64,000 bases of DNA from Lepidodermella squamata (lineage: Eukaryota; Animalia; Gastrotricha): positions 434,001 through 498,000 of the forward strand of contig JBLDXI010000055.1 in NCBI GenBank assembly GCA_047495785.1, read 5' to 3'. Each line of letters opens with the position of its first letter. Positions within the stretch are counted from its first letter, which is position 1. Both the position numbers and the translations under genes were made by a program. The notes beneath the pieces were generated by a model. The model did not search any database and was not told where the DNA came from. It worked only from the letters and a program-made list of their open reading frames with translations. This document shows, one piece after another, positions 21,511 to 33,015 of the stretch.

Positions 21511-24500
21511 ATGGAGGCGGTTCGGGACATTAAAAAGCGCGTCCTGGACTCGGTGCCAGGTGCCGATGAACCACCTGGTGAAGTAAAGCTCAACCTCGCC
21601 GATAAAGTCTTCTATTTCCTCGCACGTAAGTCTTGTTACATATTTATTTTGACACCTAGCCAACATTTGATTGAATATCTATTTGCCTTACATGGTGATG
21701 ACCAATTAAAGATTGTACAAAAAATATTTCTCAAAACACCATATATTAGGATATTGGTACCCGAATAAAATATGTCCCCAGTCAAAAATCGTTCCGTTCC
21801 TTTTAGAAAAATATTTATTGCTCAAATTTCCGCTGATTTTGCAAAGTTCTAGTTTTCGATGCCAAATTCTTTGATCTATTTTTTTTATTCGCCTTAATAA
21901 CAAGGCTTAAAATAGTTTTGTCAAAATGTCAGAGTTTAGTCGGTTTTTTTTATGATATTATAACTGCGCATAGCTCCGAGCTATCATTTTTGCGGCTATA
22001 TACCTAGCTTCGAAGCGGTGGATCCTATCGATTGGTTGCGCAGTCATCGTTCTCGCAATTTTAACGCCATTTATTGCCTGACACGACGCGGTTTCAAATA
22101 ATAATGATGGAATACCTAATAGCCGCGGTGTAAGGGTGAAAGACAATGCTCGTAATAATAAATTAAGCCTCTCACAGCCGGCCATGTTGCAGTGCAAATT
22201 TGCTCAAAAGAACTAAAGCAATCGCCCATCTAGCTAGCAATAATCGTTCGCTCGTTTGCCACCACCAAAACGTATGCATATCCTCGCTTTGCATATAGTT
22301 GATACAGCTGCGCGAAGCGAATGATCTTTTGCCTGCCTGACTGCCATCCGCTAGCAGCAGCATGTTGATAAACGAAAATTTCGACACTATTGCACCGCTA
22401 TAGTTTAGCTGATAGAGATGACTGACTACTGACGCGGTCGAAATAATGGCGTTTGGCATGTCGTCCAGGGAAGTTCAGAATTTTTACGAGACGATGCGCG
22501 AAGATGCGCGGCGAAGTCTGAACAGATCAAATCCTTTCGATGACGTAACTCTTGAATCGTATCCAGACGACATCGTTATTGGTTAGGGCGAACTACCACC
22601 CTTAGTTAACTTTGTAACCCGCTTATTCGATTTTTTTCCGTTTTTAATTGCTCTTAAAAGCGTCACCTGACTTTTATTACCACAATAGCCGCGTCCCACT
22701 TGATTTCCCGCGCTGATTTATTTTGCGTATTATAATGATTTGCACTAATCAAGCCTAATAATAGGTTGTGAATTGGCGGTGGGCAGTACGTGTTTTAAAT
22801 TTTGCGGTGAATTTGAACAGGAGACATTCCGATCCCAAGCAACAAAGCGTTCGTCGGCGACACGGCGCTGATGCAGGGCACCGAGGAAACGTCGCTGATG
22901 GACCACACGGACGTGGTCATCGACTGCGACGCGGCCGGCGGCAAGAAGGGCAAGCGCCAGAAGGCGTACTACGGCTCGGGCGGCGCGCGCATGGACCACC
23001 GGGCGTTGATCGAACAGGCTGGCAAGCGGTTGTCGCAGCGCAAAAAGCTCTACATTAAAAAGCGCTTCCTGTCAAAGCTTATGGCGCTGGTGGCCCTAAT
23101 CGGCATTCTGCTCATGATGCTCGAGAATGAAATGATAATTAACGATGTCTACACGAAAGAGGACGCTGGCAGTGCTATCGTTAAACTTGCAATAAGCATA
23201 TCTACTCTTATTCTTATGGGAACTATCGTCTATTACCATGTCTGTGAAATAGAGGTACGTTTATCGCAAAAGCCGAAATTCGACCAGAATTTGCAATATT
23301 TACTGTTCAATTGCAGATGTATCTTATCGAGAACAATTTAGAAGACTGGCGTTACGCCGCGAACTTTCAGCGAATCATTCGCCTCGTCCTTGAACTTCTT
23401 GTCTGCGCGTAAATAGCTTCAAATTTCAAATTTTCTTGTTTTAATTCACCTGATTTCAGCATTCATCCGCCTCCAGGCAATCATGACTTCAAAGAAATTC
23501 TCTACGACGCGCAGGGCAAGGAAATCGGATCGACTTACTATCCAGGTTTGAAGCCATGGAAAAATTATCGTCAAAAATTCAATTCATTGATATGTTTAGT
23601 TGATGCCATTTTATCACTGCCGATGTTTTGTCGGCTCTTCTTGTTCTGCCGGTTCGCAATGCTGCATGCTCCGTTATTTTCCGACGCGAAAAGCCAGTCG
23701 CTAGGTGCACTGAACCGGATTCACTTCAACTTCTTATTCATCTTCAAATCGTACATGGCTATGTACCCGGGTACCATGCTGGCGACCATCATCATCACAG
23801 TTTACCTCGGCGGGTCTTGGTCGGTGCGAGCTTGTGAGATGTACAACACCGATGTTGATGCCAACTTCGCAAATTCACTCTGGCTGATGGCTATCACTGT
23901 GCTAACCATCGGCTACGGTGATATTACGCCGAAATCGACGTGTGGCAGGGCAGTGGCTGTTATCAGCGGAACGATGGGCGTCGCCTGCACCGCCCTCGTC
24001 GTAGCAGTTCTCGCGAAAATGCTTGAGCTGAACCGGAAAGAATCCTACGTCCACGGCTTTGTTTTAGATGTTCACCTCGAGAAGAGCTACAAAAACTGCG
24101 CTCAGCGTGTGATCCGCGAGGCGTGGAAGACGCACAAGTGGCGCAAAAAGGGCCACGGCTACCGCGTCCGGGTGCATATGCAGAAGTTGCTGAAGGCGAT
24201 TGCGATGATTCGGAAAGTTCGCGACGAGCGCAACCGCATGAAGAATAGCGATATCACGCTGAATGAAGTCAGCGTGCAACAGTCGACGATTCAGGGCATG
24301 ATTCATCACATCTACCTGAAGCAGTCGACGAATGAATCGCGCCTGGAGATGCTCGAGCAATCGATTAAGCTCATGTCGACGAAGGTCACGGATATGCACT
24401 CGCTGGTCATGTCGCGGCGGCCGTCGTCAAGCGGCCCGTCTTCGTCGAGTCGCAGCGGCGGTGGCGGTGGAGCAGGCGGCAGCGGCGGCGCGGTGGGAGG

Positions 24501-24585
24501 CGAGCCTCAAGCCACTTCGCCAACCTCAGCGCCCCCTGCCATGCCACAGCAACAATCGCTATCGTCATACCAACAATACCAATGA
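21511..24585 (+). CDS. KCNN: Small-conductance Ca2+-activated K+ channel (SK/KCNN)
   Basis: LEDWR, ELLVCAIHPPPG, LSLPMFCRL, SLGALNRIHF, pore TIGYGDITPKSTCGR, ALVVAVLAKMLEL and a calmodulin-binding region (ESYVHGF...VIREAW). Shared exon starts at 22821. Two phase-1 candidate first exons: 21511-21625 and 22446-22581. Confidence 0.93.
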
Positions 24586-26244
24586 AGCCCAACGACTTAT
24601 ATACTGTATAAAAAACTTGACAATCAACATTTTATTTACGAAATTATTTTATTTGTCTTGTCTTATAAAATATTTGTCAGTTTCATCTCATGTCGTTATA
24701 GCCAGCCTTTATTCTCAACTCATCGCTGTCCCTTTCGTCGCAACTCATATTTATTTCCTCGGAATACTGTAAATTAGTAAAAAGGGGTGCTTTCCCCCCA
24801 TTTTTAAGTTTTACCTATCCATTGATCGTCACAATTTTATTATTATTTCACCGCGTGTGCCACTGATGAAACGATGAGGGAGGATTTATTGATGATTTTT
24901 TTCTCCTCTTTGCGCTGCCCAATCCTCAGTTTTCCTCCCAGCGATTAGCCGCTTTTTAACGGTTCCGGTGGTTGAATTGAGTTGAATCCTCTCGTCTATT
25001 CATGTATATCGTTTGTATGACAAATTTTTTATGTAAAATGCTGTCAAACTTGCGCCTCTCTTTCCTATACGACTGCATTATAGGCTATTATAGCGTTTCG
25101 CTCTGTGGTATCGCCCCGAAATCCAAAGAGCCGGCGCTTTTTAGAGTTCATCTTCTTCGTCTTAGGTTTCGAACTGTTAACCTCAGGTATGAGGCCACAA
25201 CGTCAGCTTCGCGAACTAGAAATCGGATCGCATCCTATTGTCACTATCCTAATCGCTAGTCTTACTGTTGTGATTCCGTATCTCAGCCTCGCCGGGAATT
25301 TAAGCAGCGCCCGAGCATTAATACAAAAATTAATGCTGTTACTTAAATCGTTGGAGCCTTCAATGAAATTCGGAGTTTTTGCGTTGTAGCAGTAAGCTTT
25401 CCATTAAGGTTCGATTAGTCATTATTACAAGCAGATTTTCTCAACGCTAACCTTACGATATAGCTGAAAACTTTTAGTTATTCTTATTGAAATTCGATTA
25501 ATCTGTAATGATTTTTGACTGTGTTATTTATTGAAATAATAATTATCTATAATGTTTGTGCGAAATATGATAGGCCTTATACTAGCTGTTATAACTGTCA
25601 ACGTCCAGATATGATTACTTCAGAAATAATTTTATACAAAATGAGTAAATAAAACACCGAAATTTCGTTCGAAGTTTGAAATAATCGAAATCGATAAGCA
25701 CAGCAGCCAAGTCAAAGAGAAGCTATCCTCGAGTGAAAAAACGAAAGCCTGGAATCATTCCCTGCGGCAATAATTTGAAAAAAACTCGAGTCTATTCACA
25801 AATCGAAATAATTTATTCTCTTTTTACAGATATCGCATCATCTCTCTTTCGCGTTGTTTCTTCACAAAATCTCAATAGCATTTTCAGCGAAACAAAAACA
25901 ACAGCAAAGAAGCCACGTTTTATATCACCGTACTGCCCGAATTTAGACACCATCATACATAAAAATCGATTTTACTGCTGATTGAAGCCCGCGGGAAAAA
26001 TCCACAATAAGAGGGTCCTACAATCCAAACACCCTGCTGTTTAACCTAACTAAAGGTTGAGGTTTCATCCTCGGGCAGTACGGCTTATTAGAAAAACTCG
26101 TTGATGAGATTGAAATCAGCTTTGCAATTAACAGGTGTGATGATTATCAAGGTTAAAATTAATTTTTTCGAATAAATATATATAAAGAAGCACTTTGTCA
26201 GAAATCGGAAGCCATCGTATTCTTTTTCGTCATCTCTCTTTTTT

Positions 26245-29200
26245 TTACGAAACTGGCAACTGGCGTTTTTGCTTTGAATGACCAAAGTGCAGAAAGTTTG
26301 ACAGACGCGTGAAAACGCTGTTCGAACCGCCGCCATTCGAGCTGTTATTCGAGTTTGACCGCGACGAGTCCGAAGCGTGGCCGTTCAACGCCGCCAGCGC
26401 CGGGTAATTCGACCGTCGAGATTGTGCCTGCTGTTGAGATTTTGAGCCTTGCTTGCTGTTCCCCCGCGGTTTATCGTACACCTGTTCCATAACGGAATAA
26501 TCACTGTCACTGCCACTAGTTCCGCCGACACTGATCAGGGTCCGCCTAGCTAAACAAACCACGCCTTCGCGTTGCAGTTGAATTTGTTGCAAATGATGAT
26601 GGCTGTTGTTACGCTTCGACGGCTTCAAAGCCGCTGGAGCGTCGCGTAGAACAGCCTCGTCGCGGCTAACATCGGTCATGCTAAGCTGCTTGGTTTTCGG
26701 CGGCGGAATAACCACCTGTTGCACGCCGTATTTAGCCGCGTTGTTCGTGCGGTACTGCCGGTGTGGCGCTATGTTAATTTGTTCACAGTCGATGGCCATC
26801 TCAGCGTGGCCGAATTCGCGGAAAAGCGGCGGCGGAGATACGGCCCGTTCCGGCGATCTGTTCAACATCGGCCGATGGTCGGTTTGGTCGAGGTCGTCGC
26901 GACTTGTTGTCAGCGAGCTGTTTTGCCGTAGTAGGTTGTCGACTGAGCACCACGCTCGAATAGTTGGATCTCGCTGCAGGCGATGGATGATTTTTGTTAT
27001 CTGTTTCTGCTGATGAGGCGCGGGCTGTTGATTAGGCTGGTAATGGACTTGGGTGAGCTGGCCGGGTTTAGGCACGGTGGAGCCTTTGCTGAGCGAAGGG
27101 GCGGCTGAGTTGCTAGCTGAGGTTTGGCGGATTTCAGGCGGGCTGCCTTCGGTGATTTTAATAAGCGATTTATAGGCGGATGACGTTGGATTGCCGTTCG
27201 CTGCCGATAGTTGGCCGGATCGGAAGGGTGTCGAAGTCGGCTGGACAGAAGCGCGGCGGAGGCGGGGCGGTAAGGCGGGTCGTTGTAGTACAGGCGAGGG
27301 ATCTGATGGACCTTTTATGAATCGCAAAAAAATTAGTGAGAAACTTTAATTGAAAATGATTTTACCTGTAATTTGGATAGGGGATTGCCAGCTCCTAGGC
27401 GAGGACGCCCGATCAGCGTCTGATAATGATTGTTCGTTGTTTGAATTAGTATGGCTGTCACTGGTTGGCGGCGACATGGTCGATGAGTTCGCGAGGAAGG
27501 CCGAAGTGTTTGATGTGCCGCTATCGATGGGCGATATGACAGCGACGTTGCTGTTGAGCAGCAGCAACTCGCTGGTCCCCATCGACGAGCCCAACATCGT
27601 CGAGCTGTTGTTCGTCGCCGAGTCTGACGTAATAGAAGACGTTGATAGCAACCTCTCATGGTGATAACTACTCGAGCTTCCTTTTGGCAGCCCTTATTAA
27701 AAAATCCACCTTTAATAATTTCACGCATCATTGATTTTACCGCACTCACCTGAGATCGAATTCTTGCCGCTTTGAACGCCGGTGTTGAGCAGGTTCGCCG
27801 TCGAGCCGCGGCCGTTCTGGTCGATGCGTACGAACAACTGGTAACAGCCGTTCGCTGTCGTAGCCAGCGGCGCCGCTGATGACGCAGCCGATGGCGATCG
27901 CAACGACCCGCCACCGCTGCTGGCCGACGAGAATTGCCGCGTCGCCGGGTTGCCCCGGCCCGGCAGCGAAGTCGGCACCACCGGCCCAGGCGACATGGCC
28001 CGCGGCGACATGGCCGCTTTCGGCGCCGTTTCGACGACAAGCGGCGCCGGCGGGGGTACGTAATGCACCGGCGCTTGTTCAATGGTCTGTGTCGCCATCG
28101 AGGTTCCGAACTCGCGGAACATGTTCGACTGAACCGACACGTTCTCCGTGAACTTGTCCTCGGTCTGGGCCCACGAGTCTTCAGTCGACCGCATCGGCCG
28201 CACCGTGACGTCATCGGTCTGTGACTCGCAGTCAGCGTGGCGAGGTTGGAACTCGTCGTCCTCGTCGCCGCCGACGCATTTATCCGTCACCAACACGTGC
28301 GTTTGAACATGCTTGGAAAACTTAGCCGGCGGCAACTCCACCGCCTGAACCGGCCGCGAGACATTTAACACGCGATACGTGTTACACGCCTTCTCAGTTG
28401 TCATCACACTACCGTCACTTCGCCCGACGCCCGCATCCACCATTTTTTTCGATTGGGTGATTAAAGGCCGGCCGTTGTTGTCGTCGTCTCGAGGAGGGGG
28501 TGGCGGGAGGCCAGCGGCGCGTTTTCTCAACGAGGGATGAATAGGAAATTCGTACGCTAACCTATCGTACTCATCTTCGTCGCTCAACGTTGCGACCATC
28601 GACGCCTCGTAGTTGGCGTCTTCCGGTGGGGTTAGACCGTTCATCAGCGCCAACTTTTGATAGTCCGGCTGGTCGGAACCGAACGATCCGCGCCGCTGAT
28701 TTTGTGCATTCACCGCGGCGTATCGCGATAAAGTTTGGTATTCACTGTTCGGGTTGTGGTCACCCAGTGACACGTCGATGAGGCTGTTGTCGCTGGGGCT
28801 CATCGCTGCCGACATCATCATGGTCATGTAGTCACCGCTGTTGTTGTCGCTGTTTATGTACTGATCAGCGACGCGTCGTGTTGCTTCCAGGGCGTTACAA
28901 ATAGCGTCCTCCAATTGCCATGAATTAGGCGTCGAGGAACTTGGCAGGCGTGATCTAAGCAGTTGTAATGTTTCGGCTACTTTAGCAAGCTACAGAAAAA
29001 AATATATCGATATAATGAAAAGCAATATATGAATATTAAGCTGACGAAAAGCGATAAAAAAATAAAATTTCCGAGTTGGCGATCCCGAATCCAATGCTCA
29101 GAATTTCGCACACTAAATTTTTACATGCTTAATTTGTGACATTTTCTGAATTTGAAAGGAAAGCTTGAGTTTACATGTAAAAGGAAAGCTCCCTAAAATT

Positions 29201-30074
29201 AGCAGAAGAAATAGGCGACTACATTCAGAAGATTTGTGTCGTAATTACCCAGGGAACAAACGGTTCTTCCGTGGTTGCCTTTTAGCAGAATGCGAAGGAA
29301 GATGAAATAATTAATTAAATCCGCCTTAATTATAACGGTTAGCTACACCGGTGATAAATTGCTAGCTCGCAAAACAGGTAACAGTTGTCGAGCTATTACG
29401 CTAAAAGTGTGTGTTGTCAAAGCGCGAAATTTTTATATTAAAAAATATCTAGATTTCAATGAAACAATTGAAATAATTTCTGCTAAAAACAAACAGCGCG
29501 CTAATTTCAGCGCATAGAGCTGAAGTTACGCGGTCTGATAACAAAGGCTCGGAATTCTAGCTTCTACTTGACTGGATTGTGTGAAAAATACTTTTTAGCC
29601 CTAACAACAATAATAATTTTTATTGCGCTGTGATACGCGTTTGGAATTTTTGGCGTTTCATTATTATTTTACCTCGGGTATTAGCCAGGCAGAAAGAGGT
29701 GCCGATGCGTCGTCGTCGTCGTCATCGTCATCGCGATGATGAGTCATCACTGGTTCTTGCTCGTCGCTCGTGTCTATTAGCATTCTTGACGGCAAATAGT
29801 CATCACTATCAGTTGACTTATTAACGCCGTTGTCTGCTACCACGATTGCTGGCATAGTTTCAACGGTTAATGGCGCGATGATCAGTTCCTCGGCGTTGCT
29901 GCTGCTGCTCGACGTCATCAACCCGGAATCGTCCTCCTCCGCTTCGTCGATGACCACGTCGGCCATACCGGCGGTTGATGCCAGCATTGATGAAGTTGCC
30001 TCGCTTTGCTCGACAACTGTCTCATCAGGTGGCGGCTGTAACTGGCCGGTATTGCTGCTAGCAACCACCAGCAT
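26245..30074 (-). CDS. Uncharacterised ~1011-aa, mostly low-complexity/disordered protein, 4 exons
   Basis: Exons 30074-29673, 28989-27750, 27692-27366 and 27311-26245 join in frame (3036 nt) at GT-AG junctions. Rich in Ser/Pro/Asn/Gln, with no globular domain recognised. Confidence 0.75.
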
Positions 30075-33015
30075 AATTAATTAAGATGGATTCGACTCTT
30101 TTGTCCCTAATTTTTACGAAAATTCTTCTATAAAAAAATCATAGAAATATTTCAATCAAATATTAAATTCCGCAGGTTCGAGAAGATGAAAAGTAGAGAA
30201 CTTATCAAAATTTGCGAGCGTCCGAAATAATTAGACTAATAGCATATCTACTATAAGCTAGTATTTTTAATACAAACAAATCAAATAATAAAGAAAAAGC
30301 GAGGGTTCAATTTGATCAGTGGCCATTTCTGAGGAAATTTACCCACAAAAATAGGCCATGATTCCGTTAGCGTTACGTTTTGTTGATTCATCAATCATCA
30401 ATCAGGTCTAGATATTAGCAAACACGCGTCAGGGTTAATTAAGCCATTTGCCATTTGGGACGTGATTGCTGCTGTCCACGCGTATACATATCACAGAGCG
30501 AAAACATAGGTAGTGAATGCAAATAATGCAAAATTGTTCGAGTTATTATTATTTGTTTGTGGTGGCTATGTATTGGCTCGCTTTTTGGCTCATCTCTTTT
30601 AGAATGGAATGAGTCAAAAACACCGGGTGGAAATAAAACGCCAAATCTCAAGGCACAGGTGTTGTTGTTGTTGATCTGTGTTCATCACAGGTGTGTGCGA
30701 CTTATAAAATAATAGGCGTGTGGCCTATTACCCTCTAAACAGCGATTGTGAGGCGCACATTTGCGCAACGTGACTCGGTTATTTTGAGCTGTATACAGGG
30801 CAATAAAAAAAAGCGCAGCACTATTGCGATGTATCAACGGTGTTGCTGTTGTGTTGTCGTTGTTACAGCGAAGCAGCGGTTGAATCGGGGCCAGACACGT
30901 TGCCGCACCGCACGACGTGCCGGGCCAACTGCACCCGCCCGCTGCCGGCCGGCTATAACAATATTTTAGCCTCCGCCAAGTATATGGCGCGACGGCAAAC
31001 AGGCGGTGATTTGCTGAGCGTGCGCGTACGCCACTACACGTATTACAGGTAGTATATATTGTAGCTTGCAACATGACGAGCAGGAAAAGATACGGCAATT
31101 GGAATGGACGCGCGGGCGCAAGAAGCCAGGCGGAAGAACGCATAGGACAACAACTTGACAAGTCGCGCGTTTTAAATGAGCGCACTAATAAAGCGATATA
31201 TTTATTGCCGCAGCCGCTGCTGCTGCTGCTGCTGCTGCCCTGCTGTACTACAATTTTAAGCGCTCGTGCGTACGCGCTTTTACACGGCTTTTTGACATTT
31301 CGCGACGGAGCAGCGCGCCAGGCAGCGGGCGGACACGGCAAACAATCGGCGCGCGTATAAGATGTCGCTAATAGAGCCATAAAAGATATCGATGGCCCAC
31401 TCGGCACGCGGACATCGCCAGCTACGGGAGGCGCGAACTGTGTTTACGACATGGTCGCGCAAATAACCCGACCGTGGGCACCACGATGAACCGCATCGTG
31501 AAGGCTATTAAGGCAAATAAAAGCCGTTTATGTCGCCGAAATTGGCTGCTAAAACGCCTCGTGTCGAAAAAACGAGCGCAAATACCTTATATCCAGGTGT
31601 ATATCAGCTATACGTGCCTGTGTTTTTCTATAATATAATACCTGCTTCCTACGCGCTTTACCGAATTTGGGTTCACCGTCTCGTGAGGCTGTACGCTGCC
31701 GGAGGTTCCCATCATGGCAAACACTTGCGTTCGAGGTCAGGCCAATAATAACAATAATAAAGGCGCGGCCCCGCCGCCTCAAAAGCGCCGGAATACGTAA
31801 TTTGAGCTGTACGACACACGAAGGAAGTCGTGATTCCAACGCATATTATCTTACTGCAAAAACGATGCCTGTCTTTAACGTAGTGCAAAACCGCTGCCGT
31901 ATTTGGGACCTGAAGATACTTCGGCGCTGTTGCTATAACCGGTCAAGACAAACACACTACGCTGGAGGAAGAAGGTGCGCAGTCGCAATAATAATATCGC
32001 AGTAATAATAATAATAATAATAGAATCTCGTGGCGATCTCGTGATGACGACAAACCTAGCAAAACACACACATACTGGCTAAATGCTGGTGAATAATAGA
32101 AACCAGCGAGCTAATACCTGCCAGAGAGACAAGCGGGTTGGCTAATAACGGCGAAACTTCTGTGAGCTGTAAGTATGTAGCAATAATATTGGCCTGATGT
32201 TGCGGCTGCTGCTGCATGAATAATAATTTCTGCGGATTATTTCTTCACCTTTCGCGATGTTGTGAGCCCCTTGACACACTAATATTTAGCCCGAACGCTG
32301 CCTCCATAATGGCCCGTAGCGCCGCTGCGGAGGTGCGAATAAGCGCGCACGCGCAGCCGCAACTTCGTCTTCGGTACAACAGCATTCCGCGGCGCATTAA
32401 AAAAGTGTAAAGGTCGCCGCGGCTTGACCGCGTGACACCTGGCTGAGCGCGCGCGCGCGACGCCTCGCCGCCGCCGTCGCCGATGGCTATATTTTAAACC
32501 CAGGTGACGCGCTTTTGCGTCGACTCCGCGCTTCAATTGAATTCCGCGACATCGATGGCCATGAAAAATGACGATTATGAATATAATAAATAATAATAAT
32601 AACAGTGTTGCTATAATCCGCGTGAACAACCATTCTTGAAAACCTGCTGGAGAAACGAAACAAAACTCGACCCTGCTGCTTGCTCTCAATTAATTATTTT
32701 AATAGCGTAATATCGTTCATTTCATTGCACAACTCGAGTCAAGTGTTATCTTCCATCAAGTTCATTATTATTATCATCGCTGCTGAAATCACAGCAGAGT
32801 GAGTGAGTATGGTCCGCATGGGAATTTCTGCTGCATGTGTGTGTAAGTGAGAACACGGCGCAACTTTATTCAGCGAGCAGAAAACACGCGTAAATAACAA
32901 CAACTGTGGCGCTCACGCGCTCATCACATTTTTCTGTTGTGTTTTTTAATATTAGCCAGCGCGAAAATATTAATAACCACCACACAGCTGTTGTGTGTGT
33001 ATGCGCGAACGAGTG

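Noticed and set aside
27333-28214. 293-aa Arg-rich ORF and other antisense or alternate-frame ORFs over GC-rich exons
   Set aside because: Shadow frames of real coding exons with no independent motifs.
30439-32700. Many 60-240 aa ORFs in the CG-rich spacer (and likewise at 19285-21470)
   Set aside because: No family motifs or consistent splice structure. They look like non-coding regulatory DNA with simple repeats such as the CTG run near 31216.
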